Assembly (NCBI RefSeq): GCF_002113885.1
Contig: NW_018407185.1
Location: 141,990 to 205,989 of the forward strand
Reading direction: 5' to 3'
DNA: 64,000 bases
Source: Mizuhopecten yessoensis
Taxonomy: Eukaryota
Made by a program: the position numbers and the translations under genes. Position 1 is the first letter of the stretch. Every line of letters starts with the position of its first letter. The notes beneath the pieces are model-generated. The model did no database searches and was not told where the DNA came from. It worked only from the letters and a program-made list of their open reading frames with translations. Shown here one piece after another: positions 51,521 through 64,000 of the stretch.

Positions 51521-52370
51521 TCTTGATTCATAAATTCATAAATTCATAAAAATAGAAATACAAAGGAGCTAAATATTGAATAAATAAAACACTCAGATAT
51601 TGCTCTCAAAAGCAATCGAATAGCACCATGATGCTTCTATAAATGACGGCATTTGATCAAGACCCCGTTGTGTTATTTACCGTTTGGATTTCCGCAAAGT
51701 AATTTGTTAAAATGTCATTCAATTTTGATCAAACGTTGTAAGCATGCGCGCAGCTACAATATAGAAACGAAGACTGAGGCTACTTTCGAAGATAAACATT
51801 GTCATACCGTGCTTTGATTGGTCGACGGTTTCAGCACAACGTAGTCAAACATTGATATACTCTGATAAATGTCGGTTAATTGTTAAACTTTATAAAAGCT
51901 AGATAATGTTTAAAGTGTGGTTCCCCTGTCACCATAATTAAGAAATGTTCCAAACTTTACTGAATGATATGGTACAGATGTAGTTTCTTTCCTGTAACAC
52001 ATCGGTATTTGCGTATATTTTGTCACCTCGATATAATGCCCCTCGTTTCATTTGCCACTTCGTTTACCGCCAACATATTTCAATTGTCTTTTTTTCTTGT
52101 TTCTTCAAACTTCATATCACCAATTCATGGCTGCTGCAAGGACGTTAAAATCCGAACAAACAAATAAAAAAACAAAATCTTATTTTTTTAAAATAATTCC
52201 CATATAATTTTCCCAAATTTATCGTCAACCCCTTTATAACGCCAACATTTCTTTTGACTGATGTTGGCATTATAACGAGGTTTTACTGTATCTCCATTAA
52301 ATGTGACGGACGTATTAAGTTCCGCCCCTTGTTACTTTTTTACTTCGTTAAAGTCATTTGATAGATATGT

Positions 52371-52609
52371 ATAAACTTTATTTATTTTAAAACGATTATG
52401 AAACAAGTTCTATCAACTTATATCAATCACTCTTGCTGGCCTGGATGGTAGTGTGAAGGGCGTATTGATGTGGAAGGAAACAGGAGTAACCCCCGGAGAG
52501 AAACCCCACGTGGTCCGACAGGCGACCCCATACATTTTCACGTCCGATCGGGGAATCGAACCCTGGCCCTAGGTGAAAAGTGAATGCGCTATCCACTGCG
52601 CCACCCGAC
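52371..52609 (-). mobile_element. V-type SINE, second family
   Basis: A box tggcgcagtgg, B box ggttcgattcc, V-domain gggtttctctccgg...ctcctgtttccttccaca. Confidence 0.8.
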
Positions 52610-52967
52610 TACCCTATACGTGTTTATATGGAGACACCGTGAAAAAATCAAGAGTAGAGAAGTGATAGAGATATGTACCAGGAGGTACATGTACTTTTTG
52701 TAAATTTTAGCGCAATATCGAACTTAAACAGATAACCGTATTGCTGAATTGACGCATCGTTCAAAATATGCATTAAAAAGCATTACATGTATGTAAAGGA
52801 AATTCAAATGGCGCTTCCATAATTTAAAAACGCGAAAAACGCGAAAATAAGACTACCGCAAAGATATGTACTTTAGCAGTATATAACTTTTCTTACGCAC
52901 TGTGTAAATGCACGTTTGTTTGTATATTTGTGTGAGATTTGTTACCTGAAGCGTTTTATTAAGGATC

Positions 52968-54043
52968 TACGGTGGTACATTGAGGGCATGCGCAATTTTA
53001 TTTTCTACATTAATTATCTCGAGCGCTCGACATAGCTTCTCGAGCGCTCGACTTATTATCTCGAGCGCTCAACATATTATCTCGAGCGCTCGACTTACTA
53101 TTTCGGGCGCTTTACTTAGACATTACGTATGAATCGCTTCATAATAGTATTTGTATTGAAATCGTGATAGTAGATTTTCTCTTAGGTCAAGATTTGTGTG
53201 TGGCTTTCAAACGTCCTATTATGACGTCGTTGTACTATGACGTCAACATTTTATGCAAATACCTTATCATGTTTCCTCAAGACGTCAGGCTAAATTGCAA
53301 TTATTTCATTAAAACACGCATTTGCATTACATATAAAAATGAAATAATCCTCATATGTATTTTTAGAAAATTAATATGTGAAGTTTAAAGTAGTTTCGGA
53401 ATGTATTATGCACCTGTTTGCAGTGTTCTTATTCGTGCGAACAATTCTAACTGGTAATGTACAATGTAGATAGGTTGGATAGCGAGATAATATGTCGAGC
53501 GCTCAAGAAGTTATGTGGAGCGCTCGTGAAGTTATGTGGAGCGCTCGAGAAGTTATGTGGAGCGCTCGAGATAATATGTCGAGCGCTCGAGAAGTTAAGT
53601 CGAGCGCTCGAGAGGATATGTGGAGCGCTCGAGATGATATGTGGAGCGCCCGAGAAGTTATGTGGAGCGCTCGAGAAGTTATGTCGAGCGCTCGTGAAGT
53701 TATGTGGAGCGCTCGAGATTATATGTGGAGCGCTCGAGAAGTTATGTGGAGCGCTCGAGATAATATATGGAGCGCTCGAGAGGTTATGTGGAGCGCTCGT
53801 GAAATTATGTGGAGCGCTCGTGAAGTTATGTGGAGCGCTCGTGAAGTTATGTGGAGCGCTCGAGAAGTTATGTCGAGCGCTCGAGATAATATGTGGAGCG
53901 CTCGTGAAGTTATGTGGAGCGCTCGTGAAGTTATGTCGGGCGCTCGAGATAATATGTCGAGCGCTCGTGAAGCTATGTCGAGCGCTCAAGAAGATAATAA
54001 ATGTAGAAAATAATATTGTGCATGTCCTAAATGTACCACCGTA
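52968..54043. mobile_element. Intact IS3EU-like non-autonomous transposon with 21-bp subterminal repeat arrays
   Basis: TACGG...CCGTA termini, ~43-bp imperfect TIRs, perfect 6-bp TSD AGGATC (52962-52967 and 54044-54049), inverted 21-bp gagcgctc arrays in both arms. Confidence 0.9.
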
Positions 54044-54204
54044 AGGATCCCCGTACCACTGCCAAAAAGAAAATCTGTACATTTTGTAACTATATGAATT
54101 GGAAACTTTTTTTCCTGCATGGCAAAAGTGACAATAATAATTTCTGGAAAAAAACACCTATTGAAACTGTTTTGAAAAAAGTCAATCACAGAAAGACCGA
54201 TACA

Positions 54205-54310
54205 GTAATCCGTTATGAAGAGATAGTAATCGTTATAACGAGATATTGAGTCGTTATAGCGATAGACTTATTCGTTATAACGAGATATTGAGTCGTTATA
54301 AGGAGATACT
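54205..54310. repeat. ~21-bp gttataacgagata repeats, probable arm fragment of a related element
   Basis: Five degenerate cgttat(a)..gagata units. Confidence 0.6.
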
Positions 54311-55239
54311 ACATTTTCGGAGACGTTATAACTCTCTATGCGAGTTCAAAGTTGCATCGTTTGATGATGGACAGAAGGGCAGAATTATATATTCATGAAT
54401 TAAACTACAATTTGTATTCATTAATTCATTTTCCTAATATTGGACTCCATTTGGTATTCCTAGTACTAAGCTAGAAATGTTGAACCTGTCCTGTTTATGG
54501 ATCCATCCAGAGTTTAGAGGACCTGCTGTTCCGATAGAACGGTGTAATTCCCCGATGAGTGACAAATTTATCGCGGAGCCACTTCAGTACACCAAACCAT
54601 CAAGAAACTGCAGGAAATTCAACGAAAGTACTACGTTCCTAGAAAATCATTCTTCATAAACTCGATTTAACGATACGCTACCACATAAAATCAATTGGTG
54701 TCATTATCGGTGCAGCATAACGTCCCGGTCTGAAAACTGTTACAGAACCATTCACACCTAAGCGCGTGCTGCTGACTTAATTCCGGTGCTTATATAAACT
54801 GGGGTATTGAATTACGTGAAGTGGGGATATTGGATGAAGAAACAGCGGATGGAGTTAACAGGGAATGGTGCCAGATTGAGTGAGAGAGAGAAACGCCAGT
54901 AAATGTTGAGCAAGGAGTTAATGGGATTGATAAGATGCAGTGTACGCATCTAACGCTATTGAACGAGATGCAATTATGATGCAAGACTTACATGGATACC
55001 AAGAGGTTCTGGTTTGAGCCTCGTTGTTGTGGATATTTGGGGCATCGGAGATGCTTTTAGTGTGTGAGGGACGTTTTCGTAAAAGTGTATTCGGTTCGAA
55101 CCCTGTCGAACATCGCGGGCTATTGGAGACTGTGGTAATAGTTCGCAAGTAATTGGTCTTTGGTTTGAACTCTTCTTCCAAATCCAAAGGTTACGTCCTC
55201 TACGTATCTTCTTTGTGGAAAATTTCATGACAAAATCGA

Positions 55240-55410
55240 AGGCTCACGTAGTAAGCAATCTGATTGGTTGGAGGTTCACAAATCTGACCAATTGTTAGGC
55301 TGATACCTTTCCTCAAAGGAGCTACAGCCCACTTCAAAGCCTCTTGATGTTACGTTTGCGCTGCCACGCAATTTCTTTGAGCATCATCAACGACATCAGA
55401 ATATAGTTAT
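55240..55410 (-). mobile_element. Internal fragment of the 39622 Academ-like family
   Basis: Reverse complement matches gtatcagcct...attggtcag and gctttgaagt of 39790-39890. Confidence 0.65.
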
Positions 55411-55469
55411 TGGGTGTCATCCGCAAGAGAAATATATGAGAAATATATAAGAAATAAATCTTCCCCTAG

Positions 55470-55600
55470 CTTAAGGGTGTGGCAAAATCAATCTCTACCT
55501 CGAGGGGAGATATGTAAAATGTTTAACCCGAGGCTCTGCCGGGGGTAACACAACCAAAACAACACCCGAGGGTTGATGGGTTTTTTTCATATCCTTAAGA
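55470..55600. mobile_element. Long imperfect hairpin (Crypton-like element end)
   Basis: cttaagggtgtg...catatccttaag; similar to 58786-58900. Confidence 0.55.
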
Positions 55601-56645
55601 CTTTCCCAATACTTTGTTGATAAAAAGTGTTTCCATGCTTTTTTAAATGGAGGGAGAAATAGACATATGAACTATATAATCAGTTTGATAAAACTTAAAT
55701 AAGGGCTCAATGTTGTCTAAACACTACATTTAGCTGCATTGTTTTATTAAACCCATTCTCATGAGAAAGTTTTGCCAGATATCCGAAGATACATCGCAAT
55801 AAATATTATATATAATAATATATAAATAATTCATGTGAACGGCTATTGTATTCATGTTTGTCTTTATTTGAATATTTTTTGCTAGACCGTAGAGGTATTT
55901 ATATTTTCAAACTGACCTTTCGGAATTCCCATCATGCTCCATTCATGCATGTCATGCGCATAAGAGATATTGCAAATTACCTTCCTGCTGCCTCTTTGTG
56001 GAGTTGTGTAAACAATTACAAAAGCCCATGCAGGTAGATAAAAGAAAAACAAAACAAGAAAAAGTATGCAAACACCACCTGAACGCATTATTTTTATCGT
56101 TTTTTTATATGTGACTATAGACATTATTTTGTAGACTCTTTGTCGATCGAGACGAACCACGATTGCGGTCAATATCTGGGACTACACATGTCAAAGCGCA
56201 CGTGTCTACCAGCATGCAACGCGTCAGGTCGCGTGCACCAAGTGACGCTTTGAGCGTGCGATCACGTGATTGCTGCGTGACATTAGACATGGGACTAGCG
56301 TTTTAAAACGCGAAATCAATAGCACCTCTGTTTCCTATTTATTTTCAAAAAAGTTACATTTTAATTACTTCCGTTTTATCCATTTTAATAGATCGTAATG
56401 GGTCGGAATATTTCCTTTGGGATTCGAACACATTGTGTTGTGGGCTTCATCGAATTCCAAATCTTGCAGCCTTCGCTATAAGATGTAGAGAATGTCTCTA
56501 TCAGACCTGAAACCGTATTGTGTTCGCCGAGAAGAGCTTGCTGCGAAAATGACGTAATGTTTTCGTATATCGTATTCAACAAAAATAGCGGATGAAACCT
56601 CCCTTTGATTGAAAAGCATATTGAACCAAGTTGTTTTTTTAGATA

Positions 56646-57098
56646 AAGGGTACCAACATGTTTTACTATATCGTTACAACTTTCACTTTTGTGAAAGGTT
56701 TGATTAAAACCTTTTTAACAGATACATTTCAGCACAAACATCACATGTCGACAAGCATTAAACGGAAGTGTAGTTACTCTAAATTAGAATGCTTAAAAAA
56801 AAAAAGAAAAAAAAGGAAAAAAAAAACCCCAACAACTTAATGGGTCGAACTTGGGACTTCTACATTTCAAAGTGGATTCTTTACCAATGTTTCCACAGAG
56901 GAATAACACTGGCACCACATCAAAATGAGTGTCCAATTAATGGGTCGCCATTCATATGAAGGGGAAGCTACTCTAAGCCAGAAAACTCCTTTTGGTTACT
57001 GCATCTCATATTTAGAAGGAAGATAACTCCAAATAAATAAATTAAATCTTTTGAGTGGAACTCTTCTAAGCGATATTAACTGGTGCAGTGGTACCCTT
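56646..57098. mobile_element. Possible Kolobok-like MITE
   Basis: 10-bp TIR aagggtacca / tggtaccctt with TTAA at the right end; decayed tRNA-like internal sequence. Confidence 0.35.
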
Positions 57099-58128
57099 AA
57101 CCTTAAACTGGTATTGATTTTAAAAGAATGACCGTAGATGTTGAAGATCCTCTTCCCCAAGAGACGGCAACTTTCTCTCGATGACAATGTGCAACTTCAC
57201 ACAAAGACACTCATGTGATCTTCTATTTATCTTCTTAGATATGTTGAGTAGTGGTAAGGTTCATAATTAACAATATACACACTTGGCTGGTTATTCAATT
57301 TGAAATCAACCGATACTTTTTCTAAATTTCAAAATTTCAAAATTAAGGCATTTTACGCTCCTCGTTTCTGAATAACCAGTAGCTTAGACTAATTCGGCTT
57401 ACCATCTGTTTGGCCCCTAACATCACCGATGAATCCTATATGAACGAAAAAAAGCTACATGAGCAATGGAATTCATTCATTTTGGCATACTGTCTCTGTT
57501 ATAAAATGTATAGGTATACAATCATATGTATGACGTTCATCTCAAATCTGTCAACACAATATGTAAACAATACCACCCCCGTAGAAGAAGACTCTACGTT
57601 AACTAGAAAGAATTCTATGCCAAATGAACACATGATAAAAAAAAACAAGACGCTTCAACTTTGTTCTTCACAACTGAAAATCAAACAACATTCTCATCTT
57701 CATTCAAACACGCCAACATTTTCAGCGCGAGCTGATGGTGTTAAGGGGTATCTCCTGCCAAAGTGTTTTTGGAAATATCAGTTGTTCTTCATTTAGTTTT
57801 GCTGTCTCCATTGGTCCCATTGAAGTTGCTTTGGCAACTTATTGCACACATATTTATAAAAGACATATTTTGATGAATTCATTACATTAGTTTTATTCGT
57901 ATTTTCAAAATTTGCTTTCTTTTGATCAGATATTTTGAGGCATTATTTTACTAATATATCCTGACTATTTTTATTACGATATACCACAAAATACTCGCTT
58001 GTCTTTAAGCAAAACTAAGGATTTCATAGAAAAAAAATCAATTGCTATCTGAAAATTTTTGTACCCAATGTGACGAGAGAGAAAAAACACCCTTCCCCTC
58101 CTTTACATCTCAAAACGCGCACAGGTTT

Positions 58129-58530
58129 AGGTTTTATTTTGTTTATCGTTCTATAGAAAGCAAAGGTCATTTAAGGACCCGCCTCCTCGTGTACAACGCA
58201 TGAAATGAAAATTGCGTGTCTGGTGAAGGTGGTATGTTGGTACATTTGCCTGTTTGCGATAGCGCAGATCTGTCCCAATTGTATTTTTTTGTATCTATAT
58301 CTCTTCTATTCTTACTTCTCAACTCTTTTTTTTCGTCAGTGTTCCCTTGGGCACCCGTTTTCATATGACTCTATCTGTTGCGATGACGTGAAACCTCATA
58401 CAAACAAAACATATACTGACAACGGGTTAAAACCCCTTGTTGTGACTACCCTAAATGGTGAACGTTAAACAAATATTGACAAACATCATTTTAAGGACTT
58501 TGGTATGTCCCGGACTGAGGATAGAACCCA
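58129..58530. mobile_element. Cluster of SINE fragments (tails and a Meta domain)
   Basis: ggtcatttaaggac tail (-), two tail remnants (+), and ctttggtatgtcccgg Meta-like domain (-). Confidence 0.6.
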
Positions 58531-58749
58531 TTTTCTCCCATCTTTCACATGTGTGTCCCCCGTTTTAGCAGGGAAAGATCAGCTTGTCACCCCCTAGGGG
58601 GAGATAGCCTCGTGCCGATTAGCACGTGTTCAATTGTGACGACATTAAAATGCATCACCGGTAATTGTGACGTCATCAAAAGTGAATGACGATAATTATG
58701 CATACCCCACGTGTTTTTGTTTACACTACTGTCGGAAGAGTTGTGATTG

Positions 58750-58910
58750 AAATAATAGGATGGGAGAAAAATAATCACCCCATACCTTAAGGGTGTAACA
58801 GAGAAATCTCCAACCCTCGGGGTGATTTTTTGGTTGTCTAACCAAAAAACATCACCCCTCGTGTTGGAGATTTTCTTTGTCACATCCTCAGGGTAGGGGA
58901 AAATTGTATT
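58750..58910. mobile_element. ~130-bp imperfect hairpin (Crypton-like element end)
   Basis: aaatctccaaccctcggggtgattttttggtt / aaccaaaaaacatcacccctcgtgttggagattt. Confidence 0.65.
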
Positions 58911-59159
58911 AGTCTTCCCCACTTGGGCGAACGTACAACACATAGGTCAAAAATGAGAGAACTGGCTCGCATAAGATACGAAGCATTGGCAGAGGGTGAC
59001 AATAGTCACAAAACCAGTCGATATATTAACGAGATAATTGAAGCATTTGTTCAGCGATTCATTAAGAGGCTTTCACGTGTAACTGGGGTTATTTCAAATA
59101 TTAAATTTACAACATTCCGCACTACCTTCAGCTATTTTCATATTGTTTTTTAAAATTTC

Positions 59160-59314
59160 ATCAGACACGATTTCCATCGTAGGGAGGCAAATACGCCAAC
59201 ATACCCTGTCTCCAGCACACATGTTCGCATTCATAACACACATGGAGGCACATCCTTAAATGACCTAAGCTGTTAATAGGACATTACACCCTATAAAACC
59301 AAACCAAACCAAAC
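59160..59314 (+). mobile_element. 3' fragment of the Meta-type SINE
   Basis: tccttaaatgacctaagctgttaataggacatta(aaacc)n. Confidence 0.75.
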
Positions 59315-59356
59315 TATTCCAGCAGTACATTATAGTCAAGGCATTAGGTCCATACA

Positions 59357-59649
59357 AGTCCTCGGTACTCCAAGTACTTACTCCACTTACGCTCTTTGCG
59401 TCCTTGGAGCATGCCAAAAGCACGCGACTAGTCTAGCATAAAAAACTAACCAGTCGCTAGGCTGATACCTGTCTTTTGAAGATGACGGTCAATTTTACCG
59501 TTACGCAGCCACGATATTCTTTTGTTGTACATTAAATGATCAAACAATTTACTTGTCTCAACAAGGTGTATGCACACTGAGCCTTCAATTTTACTATCAC
59601 ATATCCAAAGGAAGCTGAGAGCGAAAGTGAGCGGTGCCCCTGGAGTATC
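59357..59649 (-). mobile_element. Academ-like element, degenerate copy
   Basis: tcctcggtactcca ... gagagcgaaagtgagcg...cctggagtatc. Confidence 0.7.
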
Positions 59650-60976
59650 ACACATACTTTCTCTTTGGGAAGCATTGCCGGTGAGACATTTTCCTTAACA
59701 AATGCATTTTCCTTAACTGTTGCAGTCATTTGTAGTGAAAAAAATGACCGCCTCAAGTTAAGGAATTTTCCTAGGTTAAGGAATTTACCTAGGTTAAGAA
59801 TTTACCTAGGTTCGGAGCCGTCAGTCATGAATCCGGGATCTGCTTACTCTCCCCAAGGGGTTTACATGTCATAATTGCCCCACTGTTCCAGAAGAGCATG
59901 TTATGAATATTGATCCTTTTCGATCTTTCTGTCCTGTTGATGAAGAAGGTTAGGGTTTCCTACACGAGGACCAGCAATCTACACGGAGGAAATCATACGG
60001 TCGATTTCATGTGGAGTCAAAGGGAAACTCATATAACTAATTACCGTTTCATCACCCCACTGTCCTCAATAGGGTTACTGGCGCCATATTTGTTCGAATT
60101 TTTGACTTCGTAAAATTGATAATACTAAATACCTAACTTCAATGAAGTGAATATTGAAGGTGAGCTGTTCCGAAGGAATCTACAGGTGATCCGTTAAAGT
60201 AATTTTTGTTTTGTTTCAAGATTGGTACAGTCTTTGGTAAAGTCTCCATGCGGCCCAACAGCATTGAATGGAGAAAATGAATCTGGTTGTTTCAGTGATA
60301 GAGAGGAGGAATCTGACGATCCGAGGAAGTAAGGAAATGGTCCGACAAAATGGAGACATAAAAAATGTTCCGGCAGATCCATCATGTGTTCACACGCGAA
60401 GTTCATTTGTGATTTAGAGGTATTCATGAGCTTCCAAGCAAACAAGCTGTACACTGTTTCATAGTGCATGTAAATAAACCAGGCGATTACCGTGAGGAAT
60501 GATCTCCCTGTGTGCCCACAATCGATTACGTATACCTGCCGGAAAACAGAGATATACAACCCTTCCTGTAACACATTTTATTGCCCTAACTCCACCTTTA
60601 ACTAAATCAAGATAAATTTGTATGATTCTCATAGAACGGTTACCATAGTGGATGCACGCTCATTAAGTACAATCGATAGGTAAGTGTCTACAGGCCAGCA
60701 CACCGTTTGCTCAAGTTGGTTAAATACGTTTTATGAACTTTGTACATGTAGGTAGCTTTACGAATTCGACCTGTGAGTATTATAGCCACTGTTTACTTAG
60801 TTGCTATCTATTTTGTCTGGATAAATAGTTAAATCGATGGCTTACGACCCATGTTCATGTGAGTAATGTATACCTTGATTGCTGGAAGGTAACTGGATGT
60901 TGATGTTGGTCTACAATGGTCGCTTGCTGGTCACTTTTGTTTGAAAGTTGCAATTACGCAATGGTCGAAGAGACGC

Positions 60977-61315
60977 AATGGTCGTTTAATGGTTACATCT
61001 GGAGGTTAAAGTGACACAATGGTCACTTAATGGTTACATTTGGAGGTTAAAGTGTCACAATGGTCACTTAATGGTTACATTTGGAGGTTAAAGTGACACA
61101 ATGGTCACGTAATGGTTACATTTGGAGGTTGAAGTGACACAATGGTCACGTAATGGTTACATTTGGAGGTTGAAGTTACACAATGGTCACTTCATGGTTA
61201 CATTTGGAGGTTGAAGTGACACAATGGTCACTTAATGGTTACATTTGGAGGTTGAAGTGACACAATGGTCACGTAATGGTTTCATTTGGAGGTTGAAGTT
61301 ACACTATTGTCGTTG
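60977..61315. repeat. 41-bp minisatellite, ~8 copies
   Basis: aatggtcacttaatggttacatttggaggttaaagtgacac. Confidence 0.95.
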
Positions 61316-61914
61316 ATGGTGACTTGTATATTTCAAGAACTGACACACAAGCTACATGATTTCATCTTAAAGATGTTTGAAAAAAAACCATTTCGTTTAA
61401 AGGGTAACCCATTATTTACTTGCAATGCTTTGATTTTAGAAACTTGACACTTTCGTTGTCTGTTTGCACATCATGTACCTTATGTCCAGTTAATGGCTAG
61501 GGTGTGATATCTTAATACTTGCATTTGTTTATAACTGTCAAGGTTTTCTTCTTTGGACCCAAAACTAAGGAATGATAGCGGACATCAACTCTGCTCAATG
61601 ACGCTGTGTAAATAGTGGTGCATGACGGGTAATGTTCTGGCGCACTATTCTAATGTAACAGGGTTCAAATGTCACTTCCTTCTAAGCAGAAAAAACATTA
61701 AGACTATTCTTTGTCTATGAAAAATTCAAGCAAAACATGTACATCTGTTTAAAACCCAAAACCTTCCTTGACCTTTTTTTCTGGTGCAAGATAAAATGAT
61801 TGAAATAGAGAAAACCCCTCATTAACTCAGAACTAATTTCGTAAGGACATTTGCATATTCATGTATACTATTACCTTACCAAAATACTGTATAAAATGGA
61901 CTTGAAGTTGTGTT

Positions 61915-63360
61915 ACTACAGTATATGGTAGCTAATTACATCACGTGGTAACTTATTGCAGCACGTAGTATATCATTACAGCACCTGGTTACTCATTACA
62001 GCACCTGGTTACTCATTACAGCACCTGATCACTTATTACATCACCTGATTACTCATTACATCACCTGGTTACTCATTACAGCATCTGGTTACTCATTACA
62101 TCACCTGGTTACTCATTACAGCACCTGATTACTCATTACAGCATCTGGTTACTCATTACATCACCTGGTTACTCATTACAGCACCTGGTTACTCATTACA
62201 TCACCTGGTTACTTATTACATCACCTGGTTACTCATTACAGCACATGGTTACTCATTACATCACCTGTTCACTCATTACATCACCTGGTTACTCATTACA
62301 TCACCTGGTTACTCATTACAGCACCTGGTTACTCATTTCAGCACGTAATAACTCATTACATTACAAGGTTACTCATTACAGCACCTGATCACACATTACA
62401 TCACCTGGTTACTCATTACATCACCTGGTTACTCATTACAGCACCTGTTCACTCATTACATCACCTGGTTACTCATTACAGCACATGATCACTCATTACA
62501 TCACCTGGACACTCATTACATCACCTGGTTACTCATTACATCACCTGGTTACTCATTACATCACCTGATTACTCATTACATCACCTGGTTACTCATTACA
62601 TCACCTGGTTACTCATTACAGCACCTGGTTACTCATTACATCACCTGGTCACTCATTACATCACCTGGCTACTCATTACATCACCTGGTTACTCATTACA
62701 TCACCTAATCACTCATTACAACACCTGATCACTCATAAAAGCACCTGAACATTCATTACATCACCTGGTTACTCATTACATCACCTGGTTACTCATTACA
62801 TCACCTGGTTACCTATTACAACACCTGATCACTCATTAAAGCACCTGATCACTCATTACATCACCTGGTTACTCATTACATCACCTGGTTACTCATTACA
62901 TCACTTTGTTACTCATTACAGCACCTGGTTACTCATTACAGCACCTGTTCACTCATTACAGCACCTGTTCACTCATTTCATCACCTGGTTACTCATTACA
63001 GCACCTGGTTACTCATTTCATCACCTGGTTACTCATTTCAGCACGTAATAACTCATTACATCACATGATAGCTCATTACAGTACGTGGTAGCTAATTACA
63101 GTAAGAGGTAACTCATTACATCACATGATAGCTAATTACAGCACGTAATAACTCATTGCATCACATGATAGCTCATTACAGTACGTGGTAGCTAATTACA
63201 GCACGTAATAACTCATTACATCACATGATAGCTAATTACAGTAAGTGATAACTCATTACAGAACTTGGTAATGCATTACAGCATGTAATAACTCATTAAA
63301 TACTGTGGTACATTGTAACTCATTACAGCACGTAATGATTTATTACAGCATGTGGTTATA
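61915..63360. repeat. 20-bp minisatellite (gcacctggttactcattaca), ~70 copies
   Basis: Directly visible; homogeneous core with diverged edges. Confidence 0.97.
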
Positions 63361-64000
63361 TAATTATAGACACCTCTTTTTATAAAGCGATAATTCAAAT
63401 AAATATGTCTGCCTTTGCCTTTTTTTTTTTTTTTCATCTTATGGTATGAAAATAGACAATTTTTGACTTTTTATATTGAATATGGCGTGTCAAATTCATG
63501 AATAATCTTCCATTGCGATACATTATCAAAATGAAACCACGATCCGCTGTGTCGACATCCCGTGTTCCTTATAGTGACGACTTTGTTATGTGGAATTTTT
63601 GCATATTTGTAAAACATAACACATAACACTGCACGATACAGAACCATCCATTATGAGCGAATGACAGAATTTCTAAGAACCCTGTATGCTATTTCATAAA
63701 ACATCGCACTTGGCTTACAGTTATAACTCTTAGCTATCTATCAGATACTATATGTTGGCGATCCGTCACTTGTTTCCTGCGCGCGAGTCACGCGACACGC
63801 GCGGCAGCCCGTGAACTGCCACCGGTATCTTCCCTGCTTCCTACGATACAGAACGAAGCCGCAATGCTGTTGAATTAAGTCGATAATCACCGTAGCTCTT
63901 AAAGTAAACGCTGCGATTTTGTTCCTACTTGAACAGTGTACAATGCCACGGACATGGTTTTACTTTGTACACATAGATACGGCTTCTGTCGCCACTGGCA

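Noticed and set aside
53447-54157. Heptad-repeat ORFs in three frames
   Set aside because: They are translations of the transposon's 21-bp subterminal repeats.

Overview
Eukaryotic, AT-rich draft-assembly DNA with two N-gaps. It is most likely from a bivalve mollusc; this is an inference from the SINE and MITE repertoire. The only convincing protein-coding gene is an intronless-CDS, multiple-cysteine-cluster (protostome-type, Tollo/Toll-2/6/7/8-like) Toll-like receptor at 25939-29535 (-). It has a splice acceptor 5 nt upstream of the ATG, kappaB-like sites nearby, and a C-terminal tail with two tyrosine motifs (YETP, YEEI). The remaining ~60 kb lacks convincing genes. It is filled with tRNA-derived SINEs (CORE-, V- and Meta-type), non-autonomous DNA transposons (IS3EU-like with a 6-bp TSD, and Academ-, Harbinger-, pogo- and Crypton-like), and about a dozen minisatellites, several grown inside those transposons. 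The most unusual items are: a TSD-flanked composite SINE with a structured 5' leader (10036-10574), TRIM-like mini-LTR units with tRNA-like Pol III boxes (34563-34956), strong enrichment of TACATGTA as a putative transposon excision footprint, and a motif-preserving 108-bp duplication with Grainyhead-type sites upstream of the TLR. I found no CRISPR array or prokaryotic system. Family assignments come from recalled motifs, not database searches.
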